The notes: generated from the sequence alone by a model not told the origin. A stretch of DNA of 64,000 nucleotides from a virus (IMGVR_UViG_3300029641_000003), one strand, 5' to 3'. Numbered from the stretch's first letter, positions 45,028-55,707 are shown. Translations and numbers: made by a program.

Positions 45028-46236
45028 TTATTTCCCGTAAAGATTTTCAACTCCACCGTTCTTCTTATCCCACTCGTTCGCCCATACCCGGCAAGCATCA
45101 ATTATTTCCTGACGGCGATCGCCCTGCATGAACGGAATGCTTTCATGAAAGCTGCTTGGAATGCAGGCCACACTGAACACTGTATCAAACTCAGTCTGCT
45201 TGATTGCCTCCAACGTCTCTGGACGCATTTTCAATTCGTCGATCGGTGCATCCTTAGAGTCCATAATCCGGCGATGCAAGCGTGGAAAATCCGTTTCAAG
45301 GTACGCCATAATTTTATCTGCCAGGCATTCGTCTATGTCGGTATTCCAGTCAGTTTCGAAGCCAGGAATTCGGTAGTAAAGCGGCGTTCCCCATACTGAC
45401 GGGATCACATCCATCGTCAGCAGGCGGCTGGTTCTGATTTGCTGATGGTAATTTGCCGTCAGCAACGCTTCGCCACGTTGCCCAGTCTCCGCGACCAGAC
45501 CATGCGGAAACTCATGGATATAGGCAATAGCTTCTCTTCCGTCATACATTAGCGGGAATGTCTCTGGCCTTTGCCCCATGCCACAGGCGCGATTCAGATC
45601 ATGACCAAGCTCTGAGCACTCTCGTTTCAATGTTTCAATAATGCTCTGCGCCGCTGCTAACTTTTTACGCAGTGTGACGAGTTCGCCTTGATACTCAACG
45701 CATTGCTGATTTAGCTTGGTTAAACGCTCTTTTAGTTCCCGACGCTCTCTTTTCAGCGTGCGGTTATCTTTCTCCGCAACATCCAGTCGTTTTGTCAGGC
45801 TTGGCGGATAGTCTTTTTTGTAACGACTCAAATCGACTTCAGCAGATTTGCGCAGTGTATTTGCCTGCTCAAGACGCGCCTCCAGATTGCCGATCTCATT
45901 ACGCATATTCGCGGCAAATTGATTAACTGCATCCCCCAGGCTTTCAACTGTCGCTGATACACCAGTGACTTGAGAAAAACGGATCAAGCCATCATTAACG
46001 GCTTGCTGATATTCCTCAAACTGATCCACCAGCTTATTGTAATCAACTGCCCCATCATCAAGGAGCTGGTTGATTTCCGCCACCAGGTTATCTGTAGTGG
46101 CAATGACGCTCTCATGCAGTCGCTTTGACAGGTCATCGCCCGGATTTCGTTTCTGTATAAGCGCGATTTGTGTCCGCAGCGTTTCAATTGCGGTTGAGAT
46201 GATCTCCAGGCTTGATGATTCTACTTGCTGACTCAT
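45028..46236 (-). CDS. hypothetical protein, N-terminal coiled coil plus C-terminal globular domain (402 aa)
   Basis: Single gene bracketed by operator sites and an intrinsic terminator upstream. Confidence 0.5.
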   Translation of the reverse strand: MSQQVESSSLEIISTAIETLRTQIALIQKRNPGDDLSKRLHESVIATTDNLVAEINQLLDDGAVDYNKLVDQFEEYQQAVNDGLIRFSQVTGVSATVESLGDAVNQFAANMRNEIGNLEARLEQANTLRKSAEVDLSRYKKDYPPSLTKRLDVAEKDNRTLKRERRELKERLTKLNQQCVEYQGELVTLRKKLAAAQSIIETLKRECSELGHDLNRACGMGQRPETFPLMYDGREAIAYIHEFPHGLVAETGQRGEALLTANYHQQIRTSRLLTMDVIPSVWGTPLYYRIPGFETDWNTDIDECLADKIMAYLETDFPRLHRRIMDSKDAPIDELKMRPETLEAIKQTEFDTVFSVACIPSSFHESIPFMQGDRRQEIIDACRVWANEWDKKNGGVENLYGK

Positions 46237-46260
46237 GTTTGTTCCCTTTCTTGAAATTAG

Positions 46261-46270
46261 TTTTCTAACA
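46261..46270. promoter_or_regulatory. operator half-site TTTTCTAACA
   Basis: 25 bp upstream of start of 45028-46236. Confidence 0.4.
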
Positions 46271-46311
46271 TATTTTATTAGTATGCAATTTCAATAAAAA
46301 GACTCAGGCAA

Positions 46312-46335
46312 CAAAAAACCCGCCAACTGGCGGGT
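46312..46335 (-). terminator. intrinsic terminator ending the darB operon
   Basis: CCCGCC-AACT-GGCGGG hairpin followed on minus strand by a run of 6 T. Confidence 0.55.
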
Positions 46336-46345
46336 TTATGACCGT

Positions 46346-46672
46346 TTAGACGTGTTGGAGTAGCATGTATGCCATATAAATCAAAGCTATCAGTACGACA
46401 ACTACCTCTGAAATTCTAAACGCGCGCTTTACTATCTGCCGCTCACCGTGGGGTATACCATCCGAGTATTCCTGATCCGTCATTTTCCCCAGCCAGCTTA
46501 CCGATAACAGAGCTGCATTCTCACTCATATCAAGTTCACTTACGGCCTCTCGTATAAGTGGAGCGGTTACTTTCCTGGAAGCAACTTTCATGGTTATGCT
46601 TCTGGTTCTTCCGGCGTCATCAGCAAACGTCAGATTTACGTGGTGTTTTCTGCTCAATGAACAAACTCCCAA
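46346..46672 (-). CDS. hypothetical protein with C-terminal membrane anchor
   Basis: 108 aa ending VVVVLIALIYMAYMLL. Confidence 0.4.
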   Translation of the reverse strand: MGVCSLSRKHHVNLTFADDAGRTRSITMKVASRKVTAPLIREAVSELDMSENAALLSVSWLGKMTDQEYSDGIPHGERQIVKRAFRISEVVVVLIALIYMAYMLLQHV

Positions 46673-46854
46673 TCATTGGCTTTCGCGCTTTCCGGGGTAA
46701 TGCATACCTTGTCGCCGGTAACTATGTTTCGGGCTTCTAATGCCCCATCATCCATCTTTTTAAGCTCTATACAGAAAGAATGAGGCCATGAGCAGCGACG
46801 AGCAACAACGTTAGCACCGGCAGGGATAAGTTCAGCCACGTTAAGTAAACGCAA
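46654..46854 (-). CDS. small hypothetical protein (66 aa)
   Basis: ATG ORF overlapping neighbour by 19 nt. Confidence 0.3.
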   Translation of the reverse strand: MRLLNVAELIPAGANVVARRCSWPHSFCIELKKMDDGALEARNIVTGDKVCITPESAKANDWEFVH

Positions 46855-46868
46855 AACGATTTCTCCGT

Positions 46869-47315
46869 TTAATCAAGATTTACATATTCCGTGATAGCTT
46901 TTATGGCTTCATCGGCACTGCGCGCCTCAAAGCAGTAATAGCCTGCTTCCGTGAGGCGAGTCATCCAGACGAGCTGTTCGGGAGTCAGACGGTTTCTCCC
47001 GTGCTTCATCTCAATGCGCATTCCGTGATACCCACCACGAGCAAGGTCAATAGAAAGGTCCGGATAGCCCTTCTTCTGACCTTCTGCCACCATCTTAATG
47101 GCTGTCCTTTTGCCTCTCAGGCCGCCGTTCGGTGTTGAGTGTGTGTGCTCATACACGTATCGCATGTTGCGATACAGCCAATCCAGAACGCGAACCTGTT
47201 CGTAATGTTCGTAATTCCGTTTTAATAAGTCAGGTTTTCTTTCTAACTCTCTCAGTGCAGCAGCGTGCGGGGATATTTCAGAATACGCACTATGATGCCT
47301 GCGTCTTCGCATCAA
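46869..47315 (-). CDS. VRR-NUC domain nuclease (start uncertain)
   Basis: GYPDLSIDL...RIEMKHG fits PD-(D/E)xK core of VRR-NUC. Confidence 0.55.
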   Translation of the reverse strand: MMRRRRHHSAYSEISPHAAALRELERKPDLLKRNYEHYEQVRVLDWLYRNMRYVYEHTHSTPNGGLRGKRTAIKMVAEGQKKGYPDLSIDLARGGYHGMRIEMKHGRNRLTPEQLVWMTRLTEAGYYCFEARSADEAIKAITEYVNLD

Positions 47316-47316
47316 A

Positions 47317-47327
47317 TTTCTAACACA
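47317..47327. promoter_or_regulatory. operator half-site TTTCTAACACA
   Basis: Motif-family member abutting the VRR-NUC ORF start. Confidence 0.4.
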
Positions 47328-47501
47328 AACCTCCTTAATTCATAATCACGATAATAACAAGAGCGTTAGTTTTATCAAAACCGGGGGGAATACTACTAAA
47401 GAGATAGGTGGATGCAACAGGTCGGATTTGTTTTTAGAGCAAATGGTGATAAGGGTCAACAAGCCGGGTAAATTGTATGTCATTTACCCAACTTGTTATT
47501 T

Positions 47502-47762
47502 TTAATGGTTTATTTTATCCGGTTCGTTAATTTCCGTAACCGCCTTGTCGATAGCGATCATCCATCCTTCATAGGATAAATCATCAACAAGCCCCACCAG
47601 CTTATCGTCAGTGTGCGGAAAATAAATCCATCCCCATTTCGAAGGGTTTTCTATATGCCGCAGGGTAAATACCCGCTTATAACGGTGGTATTCAAGGGCG
47701 TATCCCTTCCCTTGTGAGTACGCTTTTAAGTCGTCGATCGTAAACCTACGATTCTTTCGCAT
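47502..47762 (-). CDS. hypothetical protein (86 aa)
   Basis: ATG ORF in darB operon. Confidence 0.4.
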   Translation of the reverse strand: MRKNRRFTIDDLKAYSQGKGYALEYHRYKRVFTLRHIENPSKWGWIYFPHTDDKLVGLVDDLSYEGWMIAIDKAVTEINEPDKINH

Positions 47763-47764
47763 GG

Positions 47765-48199
47765 CTACCCCACGATTCGATATTTCTCTATAGACTCGTC
47801 GTAACTTGTGTATACGTATGGCTCTGTATCATCAGCATAAGGCGCGACTTCCAGAGCATGAACGGGATTGTATACCGCGTCATTTTCCAGGCGATCGCTC
47901 GAATACAGATGCCCGGCTAAAACCGTAAGCGCCGGGCGACTCATTTTGTAGATCTCTGCCACATCACTATCTACAACTTGTCCAAATGATATGTCGCCGC
48001 GCTCCAGCAATAACGTTTTAAGCGCAGGCCACCACGGCCCATAAAGGTGATAAAGCTGTGGATCTCTTTTCAGCCTTTCCACCATGCCATCCAGATATGC
48101 ATCCAGAAACGCCTCTTCACTCCTGCCATTGAGCGCCTGCGGCAAAATGTCCTCAAGGTAGGATTCCGTCGGTTTTACAGTGTCAATTAATGTCGTCAT
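47765..48199 (-). CDS. hypothetical protein (144 aa)
   Basis: ATG ORF immediately downstream of darB. Confidence 0.4.
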   Translation of the reverse strand: MTTLIDTVKPTESYLEDILPQALNGRSEEAFLDAYLDGMVERLKRDPQLYHLYGPWWPALKTLLLERGDISFGQVVDSDVAEIYKMSRPALTVLAGHLYSSDRLENDAVYNPVHALEVAPYADDTEPYVYTSYDESIEKYRIVG

Positions 48200-48235
48200 T
48201 CAAATTCGGCCCCGGATGGGGCCGCTCCTTATCTG

Positions 48236-51200
48236 TTAGGCCGCATCGGCGATTATTTTACGCAGTTCATCTACCGAGTAACGCGTAGATACCATCCATG
48301 CCGGACGGTCAAAGTTCACATCAGCAACCGGGTTTGCTTCAAAATTCCAGAAACGCCCGCCAATCTTCTTAATCGCGTCTTTGGCGTTTCGTATTGTCGA
48401 GGAACCAGGTTGGTCGGCAATGAGATAAACCGCGCCAACGTCCTCGCTGACGCTCCACCAGCGCCCGCGAACACGCGCCTTAGCGCGAATCGGCTTATCA
48501 TTAACCACAATGATATAGTCATCATTCGCCGCTTCATCAGCTCTGGCTTCAGCCACTGCCGCCTGCTCTTCTCTTTTGCTTTCAGCCTGTTCAAGCCTTT
48601 CCGCGATCTCTGATTCGGTGGCCCCGCCGTTTTTCAGCGATACATAGTCTTGCCACGTAGCTGATTTGAGCGCATCCGGCAACTCATTCACATAGTCACC
48701 GTCTTTCAACTCACGGGCGCGGCGGGTAGCCATTTCTACCAGGCGATTAACAGAAACAGCATCAGCAAAATCGTCCTTACTAATTTTTTCATCAAATGCA
48801 TTGATGACAGCCCCCACCTTAATCCACTGTGCTGCCGGTGATTCCAGGGGGTTATCAGCCTGGACTATGGCGAGTTTCGCTCCATCTACCCCATTATTCG
48901 CCAGCTGTTCCAGTGCCGCCCATCCATCTGCATCACTGAGTGATTTATATTGCTCAAACAATGCATCGCGCCAGGCCACCAGCGCAGAACGTGTTTTTTC
49001 GATCTTCGTCTTAATTTTCGCGATCTTGACCTGATTAAACATCCGTTCAATATCATCGATATTGCTAAAGGCTTTCATCCTGCCCTGGAATAAACGGTAT
49101 GCCAGCACGGTCCTCCAGAATGATTCCAGACCTTCTCCGGACGGTTTGCGGAACAAGCTAAGAATATCTTCAGAAGTGACTTTATTAAGCGAACGACCTG
49201 ACAGACCACGCCCAGCCATCCAGTTTTCGAACTCCTGGGCAACATCATCCATCGTTGCCTGTGCGCCCCATGCCTGCATTCCCTGGATGTAATCATACCC
49301 ATACAATGCCTGGAGGAATCCCTCACCGTCCACGATATTCAGCGGGTTATCACTGGCTTGTATTTTTGCCACTTCACGCTTCAGCGCCTCATCGTTGCCA
49401 TCTGGATATATCCATCGTTCAGGTGCTATATCCGATGCTCGCCCGATTTTTTGGCCTATCACGCCATCATAGGCCGATGACAGCGCGATCTGACCATCAT
49501 CTGTGCGATATGCCCAGTATTTAATAGCTGACCCACCGCCCCATGCATTACCAGGTTTACCAGCAATAACATTCATTACCCCATTGCGAATAGCATCATA
49601 GAACTGATCGCGAGTAAGTATTGTTGATAGCTGGTGGCACTGAACACCACGCGCAGCCGTTGCGCGCGATTCAGCTACCCCCTCTTCAAAAGTTACCGCT
49701 TCAATCACAGAGTCAAACGGCAATGTAACGATTGACCCCGGTGATCGAGCGTAACGACTTGCTCTATCCAGCCAGGCGATACGGCAGAGGTATTGTGCTT
49801 TTTCACCGTCAATTTTTTCCACCCGGACAATCGCTGTTGTTTCGCGATCATCAATGACTGCACGGTAATAACTACCTTTATGCAACAGGATATTCTTGTC
49901 AGTGCGCATATATTCCTGTGGGTTCTGAATAACATCGATACTGATATCCAGCACACCAGACTTAATAGCGCGCTCCACATCACCACGAGAGCGTTTCATT
50001 ATGGTATCCGCGTCTTTTGCCCTGGTGATCGCAAACCGCAGCACCCGCGCACGTTTTCTGTAGCTACTCAACTGCTCAAGCGCGAATTTTTGCCCATTCC
50101 TGTTCGTACCCGCTTTTATCAGGTCGTCAAGATTTCGCTGGTAATACTCTATCTGTTCCATCGCGCTTTTCAGTTCTGTCTCCATCATGCCGATATCTTT
50201 TCCAGCGGCGTTTGCCGCTTTCAGGTAGATATCGAGAGCATTGTTGGCCTCGCGCTGTGCTTTCAGTTTCAGACGTTCTTCACGCTCTTGCGCCTGGCGA
50301 GCCATGATTGCGCGGCGTTCTTCCGGGTTTGCCGCCAGCATAATGGCGCGTTCATCAGCATCATCCGCATCACCATTGGCGATCTCTGACATGTCGGAGG
50401 TCATCACCATCTTGATCCAGTCTTTCTTACGTTTCAGCGTATCCAGACGGAAGTCGTCGAATGTGCCTTTGCCACAATAGTAGTGAACATTGACCTTCTC
50501 TTGCGGTGAACCTACGCGCGCACCGCGCCCATTTCGTTGGTCGATACTGGCTGGTGTCCAGGGTAGTGTCAGGTGGTGGATATCGGTTGTCCCGATATGC
50601 AGGTTAATACCTACTTCAGCCTTCTTGTTACAGATAATGATGCGCGTGCGCCCTTCGTTATAGTCGGCGGCAATGCCTTCCATACCCTCAAGGCCAGCAT
50701 CATTTTTAGCTGAGAGATAATCCTCATATTGGGCAAGTTTGCTGTAGTAGGTTTCCCATGCCCCTTCTTTGTATTCACCGTTTTTATTCGGAGTAGGTTC
50801 AGTCGGCTTATTCACCTTCTTCAGCTTGATGCCGCCAGCCTGGCTAACGGTCGTCGCATTGATAATGCCTATCTCCTGCTCCGGCATTTGCAGTGCACTG
50901 GCGATAATACGGCGCAGCTTCTGGTGCTGGGCTTTTTCATCAATGAAGACAATTTGTTTACCGTTCTTCAGACCTTCACGAAGGTTTTCGATCAGCGCGG
51001 CATACTTCGGCGGGATGGGGTGTGATACCTGCTGCAGATCAATCCCGGCGGCAGCAATGGCCTTCAGTATTTCAGCTTCCAGTTCAATGCTGGCGCGTAT
51101 TTCAACATGCACCGGATGTTCACTAAAGGTGGTCTTCACTACCTTGCTGGTACGTGTATTGACCAGTCCACCAGCGCCGTCTTCTTCGACCTCGTCTGCA

Positions 51201-54200
51201 TCATCTGCCACTTTACCGCCAGCTACTTTTGGCAGGGCATCAGCAATAGCTTTTACCTTGTCTGCAAGCTCAACGGGGAACTGGAATGTAATCGCACTGG
51301 CATACAGATCCGGATCTATAGCAACCTTATCCATGTCGCGGATGATGGAGAAGATGAAATCATCCGGTTTTTCGTTTGTGATATGCCCGTTTTCATCAAC
51401 CGTCAGCGCATCTTTACTACTTAACTCCTGTGCACGCTTACGAAGTTCTTCATAAGCAGCCTCCTGCTCCCCTGTCATCGGGATCTGCAAGGTATTCTCG
51501 ACAATATCAGGGATTTTAACCGTCGCCCCGACGTCCGCAGCAGTCTTCAGAGTAGTCCAGCGATGGAAAATACCACGCAGGCCATCAAGGTTCTGGAAGC
51601 CAACCAGCCCCTGCTTCTCTTCCACTTCCCCGGAAATTTTCTGGACCTGAACTGTGGCTGTTTTACCAAACACACGAACGAAATCATCAGGCGTAATGAT
51701 GCCCATGCGCATCCACTCTTCCTGCGGAATGACAGTAGACAGCATGTTGAAGGCATCAATCGGACTGTTCACCAGCGGTGTTGCCGTCAGCATGACTACA
51801 CCACGCCCGTTGTTGCGTTTCATCATGTACGCAGCTTTTACAGCCATGTCGCGGGCCATCTTGGATACTGCCGGGTTAGGCAAATATGCCAGTTGTCCCG
51901 CTTCACGCCCGGCATTAAAGGAGTTGCGGTAGTTATGCCCCTCGTCGGCAATCACGCTATCGAAGTTCATATCCTCAAAGTACGGGATATTCTGCTTCTT
52001 CGTTGTACCGGTATTCGCGGCCTGATCCTTAATCTTGTTCTTCTTCTGCGCATCACGGTGTTTACCAGACGCCAGGTCAAGACGCCCCATTTCCACAGCA
52101 TTAAAGACAGCTTGCTGTGAGTTCTCCTCGATGGTTTTTTCTCGTAGCGGGATAGACGCGAATTGTTCTTTTGTCATGATGACCGTTCGCCAATTTGACG
52201 ACGGGATCATGTTCATGCGCTGAACGATAACGGCGCTGGCGGACTCTTTCACAACATTTCTGGTAAGAGGCTGCCCGTTACTGTCGAGGCGGGGTTCGCC
52301 ATTTTCATCAAGCACCGGCGCGGTCAGAATATTGCCGTCTTCATCACGAACCTCATCCAGACCGATAAACATCATATTGGCGAAGGCATCAGCACTGTAG
52401 AAGCTCTGTGCCTCGTGATACCAGTTCTGATAAACCGCCTTCGGAACAACAATACACGTGCGTTTAGTGCGACCTGTTTCGAAGTTATACGCCTCAAGCG
52501 CAAGCGCAGTCGTGGTTTTACCCAGCCCGGTACCAAATCCCATGATGCCGCGCCCATCTTCTGACAAGCGACGAACTTCTTCATTCTGATAAGTCAGAGG
52601 AATGCGCTTTCCACTAATCCCTTCCAGGCCAAGCGGTGCGTTAGAGTGCGTAAACGGAATGAAGCCATTGAATGCGTCGTTATAGTCACGGGCTATCTGA
52701 TCCGCCTGCGGGTGGGTGCGTAACCAGTCGTTAAAACTAACTTCCAGTTGAGCAATTTTATCCAGGTACTCGTTAGCGTTCTGCCCACGCGGTTTAACAC
52801 CGTTCAGGTAGTTTTCTAACTGGTTCAGGAAGCCGTCTTTATTGTTGGCCTTCTTGAACTCATTCCCGTTTTTGCCGTTTACGGTTCGTAGTTGATAGCC
52901 GGTAAATACCCCGTCCTTACCTTCGTAATCGTCCGGAGATACCAGAATGCCATCGACGACCTTCAGATCAGGTTCAGTGTACTTAAACTCGTCATAGCCC
53001 TGCTCTGCCAGGAACTCTTTTATCAAGCGGCGATCCAGCCAGCGGGCGTTCAGATTAACGGTGACTTTATTTAGTGGCGTGAAAATGCGTTTCTCTTCGA
53101 TTTTCGCCAACTGACGCTCAAAGTTCGCTTTCTGCTCACCTGTTGACGCATCACGCCAACCCACCAGCAATGTTGTTTTGGTTGCAATATCGCCGCTGGT
53201 GGCGCGGTCCATCGGCAGCAGGCAGCCATACCCATCAATAGCGATATCATCAAATTTCGCCAGGTATTCAAGGGCCGCGTCGTCGTCCTCTGGCAGTTCA
53301 CCAGCAAACGCCTCACGAAAGTCGCCCAGCGTTATAGGATTAAGGGCTACATCACTGAAAAGATGTGCTATCACTTGTTCAGGACGTGTAAAGTCAATAC
53401 CGGCAGCACCATCCGTTACATCAAGTCGCCCTGCCAGAAGGTCAGAAGTGGAACCATCCTGTTTCACATTGCCAGTGAACGTCATCCAGTTTTTAGCGCC
53501 AGCTTCTGCAAGCCCATTCAGCTTAATCGCGTGCGGTGGTCCATACTTCGCAACTTCTGCTGCCGCCAGGCGGGATGCATCTGCCAGTTTGTCATCAACG
53601 TTCACCCCCAGGTTACGCAAATCAAGTGCCTTGTTGATCAACTGCCCTATCAACGCACCGCGCATAACGCGCTCCCTGTCTTTTTCTCGCTGTTTGCCAG
53701 CAAAGCGAATCATTGCTGCCACTTCATCACTGACAACCGATGGATAGTCGGACGCGATCGCCGATATCTGGTCCCATGACAAAGCCAGAATCCCGTTTGT
53801 TGACTGGAACGCGATCTGCAGATCGCCAAACGTCGAAACACCATATCGACTTACATCAAGCGCGGAGGATTTGGTTGTCGTGTCCTTAACCCATTTCAGA
53901 CCATCAAACTCATGCCAGATACCGCCTACAAGGCGTTTATCGCCCACTTTCGCGCCCTGCCATGCCTGAGTAGTTACGCCGAGCAAATCCCAATTGATGC
54001 GACTATCAAAGCGACGAGATAGCGCGGTTTTCATCGACTCATTGGATACACGACCGTCTTTTTTCACCACCAGGGTATTGCGGAAGCTGGTGCGTTCCAT
54101 GTCGCCGTAAACAAATCGCTTCCCTTCGGTTGTAAACCATTTCCCTTTGAGGAAGGTATCCCAAAGGACGTTTGCCGATTTGAGCGTTGCATCATCCGTG

Positions 54201-55084
54201 TCGGGGATCATCTCCAGGAAGGTTTCCGGGTGTTTACGCAATACCCATACGTCCACCACCGTATCTGTACCGGATTCGCTGAACGTACCAGAAGGCATAC
54301 GATGCGCGCCCAAAAATTCCGCTTTACGGCTGACTTTATCGCGCAATTTTTTGTATTTCGTACCATCGGTCATGCCATTCGGCACCACCAATACAATTAG
54401 TCCACCAGGCTTAACCTTGTCGATTGTGCGCAGCACAAAGTAATTGCCAACGTTCTTCTCGTTTGCATATGCCGGATCAAGCCCGGCGACACCGGAACGC
54501 CCTTCACCAAACGGTACGTTACCAACAGCGTGATCATACATTGCGTCTTTCGCCGCCAGCGCCTCAAACGCCCCGATATTCACATCGTCTTCCGGGTGCA
54601 AAAGCTGGTTTATTCGACCGGAAATCGGAGACAGTTCGGCGCTGGTCATTATCATGCCCTGCCGTTTTGTCTCCTGGAAAATACCTGTGCCCGCTGATGG
54701 TTCCAGTACGTGCCCGCCATCAATACCGTAGTCAGCAAACAGATCCCATATACCTTCAGCCATAAACTGTGGCGTGTAGTATTCGTATTGGCTGCCCTCA
54801 CCATCTGTCAGGCCGCCTTCACCGGTATACCCGGCAAGAATCTGACGTTGTTCGTCAGTTAATTTCGCCCCATCGAAGCCGGGCGGAAGGGAATTAAGAA
54901 GATTTACTGCGGCGTTGTTTGCTGCCCGGCGTGTTTTCTGAATACTGACGCCATCGACTTTCTTAACGCCAAAGGTCACTACAGCTCGCGGTTTATGCAA
55001 CCGACTAACAATTTCAATCAGCGCCCCAATGCTGGTGGCCTGGCTAATTGAATCAATTATTTTGTCCAAAGGAAGCCCCCTCAA
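48236..55084 (-). CDS. darB: DarB-like antirestriction protein (N6-adenine methyltransferase plus SF2 helicase, 2282 aa)
   Basis: Single 6.8-kb frame; SAM motif VLEPSAGTG in N-terminal region; helicase Walker A GFGTGLGKTT and DEGH box (SVIADEGHNYRNS); size matches P1 DarB. Confidence 0.85.
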   Translation of the reverse strand: MRGLPLDKIIDSISQATSIGALIEIVSRLHKPRAVVTFGVKKVDGVSIQKTRRAANNAAVNLLNSLPPGFDGAKLTDEQRQILAGYTGEGGLTDGEGSQYEYYTPQFMAEGIWDLFADYGIDGGHVLEPSAGTGIFQETKRQGMIMTSAELSPISGRINQLLHPEDDVNIGAFEALAAKDAMYDHAVGNVPFGEGRSGVAGLDPAYANEKNVGNYFVLRTIDKVKPGGLIVLVVPNGMTDGTKYKKLRDKVSRKAEFLGAHRMPSGTFSESGTDTVVDVWVLRKHPETFLEMIPDTDDATLKSANVLWDTFLKGKWFTTEGKRFVYGDMERTSFRNTLVVKKDGRVSNESMKTALSRRFDSRINWDLLGVTTQAWQGAKVGDKRLVGGIWHEFDGLKWVKDTTTKSSALDVSRYGVSTFGDLQIAFQSTNGILALSWDQISAIASDYPSVVSDEVAAMIRFAGKQREKDRERVMRGALIGQLINKALDLRNLGVNVDDKLADASRLAAAEVAKYGPPHAIKLNGLAEAGAKNWMTFTGNVKQDGSTSDLLAGRLDVTDGAAGIDFTRPEQVIAHLFSDVALNPITLGDFREAFAGELPEDDDAALEYLAKFDDIAIDGYGCLLPMDRATSGDIATKTTLLVGWRDASTGEQKANFERQLAKIEEKRIFTPLNKVTVNLNARWLDRRLIKEFLAEQGYDEFKYTEPDLKVVDGILVSPDDYEGKDGVFTGYQLRTVNGKNGNEFKKANNKDGFLNQLENYLNGVKPRGQNANEYLDKIAQLEVSFNDWLRTHPQADQIARDYNDAFNGFIPFTHSNAPLGLEGISGKRIPLTYQNEEVRRLSEDGRGIMGFGTGLGKTTTALALEAYNFETGRTKRTCIVVPKAVYQNWYHEAQSFYSADAFANMMFIGLDEVRDEDGNILTAPVLDENGEPRLDSNGQPLTRNVVKESASAVIVQRMNMIPSSNWRTVIMTKEQFASIPLREKTIEENSQQAVFNAVEMGRLDLASGKHRDAQKKNKIKDQAANTGTTKKQNIPYFEDMNFDSVIADEGHNYRNSFNAGREAGQLAYLPNPAVSKMARDMAVKAAYMMKRNNGRGVVMLTATPLVNSPIDAFNMLSTVIPQEEWMRMGIITPDDFVRVFGKTATVQVQKISGEVEEKQGLVGFQNLDGLRGIFHRWTTLKTAADVGATVKIPDIVENTLQIPMTGEQEAAYEELRKRAQELSSKDALTVDENGHITNEKPDDFIFSIIRDMDKVAIDPDLYASAITFQFPVELADKVKAIADALPKVAGGKVADDADEVEEDGAGGLVNTRTSKVVKTTFSEHPVHVEIRASIELEAEILKAIAAAGIDLQQVSHPIPPKYAALIENLREGLKNGKQIVFIDEKAQHQKLRRIIASALQMPEQEIGIINATTVSQAGGIKLKKVNKPTEPTPNKNGEYKEGAWETYYSKLAQYEDYLSAKNDAGLEGMEGIAADYNEGRTRIIICNKKAEVGINLHIGTTDIHHLTLPWTPASIDQRNGRGARVGSPQEKVNVHYYCGKGTFDDFRLDTLKRKKDWIKMVMTSDMSEIANGDADDADERAIMLAANPEERRAIMARQAQEREERLKLKAQREANNALDIYLKAANAAGKDIGMMETELKSAMEQIEYYQRNLDDLIKAGTNRNGQKFALEQLSSYRKRARVLRFAITRAKDADTIMKRSRGDVERAIKSGVLDISIDVIQNPQEYMRTDKNILLHKGSYYRAVIDDRETTAIVRVEKIDGEKAQYLCRIAWLDRASRYARSPGSIVTLPFDSVIEAVTFEEGVAESRATAARGVQCHQLSTILTRDQFYDAIRNGVMNVIAGKPGNAWGGGSAIKYWAYRTDDGQIALSSAYDGVIGQKIGRASDIAPERWIYPDGNDEALKREVAKIQASDNPLNIVDGEGFLQALYGYDYIQGMQAWGAQATMDDVAQEFENWMAGRGLSGRSLNKVTSEDILSLFRKPSGEGLESFWRTVLAYRLFQGRMKAFSNIDDIERMFNQVKIAKIKTKIEKTRSALVAWRDALFEQYKSLSDADGWAALEQLANNGVDGAKLAIVQADNPLESPAAQWIKVGAVINAFDEKISKDDFADAVSVNRLVEMATRRARELKDGDYVNELPDALKSATWQDYVSLKNGGATESEIAERLEQAESKREEQAAVAEARADEAANDDYIIVVNDKPIRAKARVRGRWWSVSEDVGAVYLIADQPGSSTIRNAKDAIKKIGGRFWNFEANPVADVNFDRPAWMVSTRYSVDELRKIIADAA

Positions 55085-55221
55085 AACCGTTAAATCCGCC
55101 TTAAGCGGTTCGGTTTGAGAGGGTATGGAGAATGTTATTTTCAGGGATGAACGACACTACCGTCAAAATCACATACTCACCATAGTTTGCCTACTTATTA
55201 ACCCATGAGCGGGAGAAATAT

Positions 55222-55707
55222 ATGGCAAACATTGAACCTCGCTGGCTTATTGAGGCCCGTAAAAATATTGGAGTCACCGAAATAAAAGGAGCGAAACACA
55301 ATCCAGAGATCGTTCAGTTCTGGCGGGATATTAAGCGCAGCGGAATTAAAGACGACGAAACGCCGTGGTGCGCTGCATTTGTTGGTGCAATGCTGGAACG
55401 TGTAGGTATCCGCTCAACAAGATTTGAGTCGGCAAAATCCTATCTGGATTGGGGCGAGAAATTAGATACACCGGCATACGGATGTATCGTTGTATTTACC
55501 CGCGTAGGCGGTGGGCACGTAGGCTTCGTTGTCGGACACCGCGCCAATGGCGATCTGCTTGTCTTGGGTGGGAACCAGGGGGATGCTGTTAATATTCGCG
55601 CATTCCCAACATCAAGAGTGTCTGGCTATCGCTGGCCTGCTGGCGAACCACGCAATACAGCTCTGTTACCAGTCGGAGACGCAGCAACCTCAACTAATGA
55701 GGCATAA
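55222..55707 (+). CDS. CHAP/NlpC-P60-like cysteine peptidase domain protein
   Basis: Candidate catalytic Cys in ETPWCAAFVG and His in GGGHVGFVVGH. Confidence 0.5.
   Translation: MANIEPRWLIEARKNIGVTEIKGAKHNPEIVQFWRDIKRSGIKDDETPWCAAFVGAMLERVGIRSTRFESAKSYLDWGEKLDTPAYGCIVVFTRVGGGHVGFVVGHRANGDLLVLGGNQGDAVNIRAFPTSRVSGYRWPAGEPRNTALLPVGDAATSTNEA

Noticed and set aside
48316-54765. Numerous short ORFs on both strands inside the 6.8-kb darB frame
   Set aside because: All lie within or antisense to one continuous 2282-codon frame that carries recognisable methyltransferase and helicase motifs
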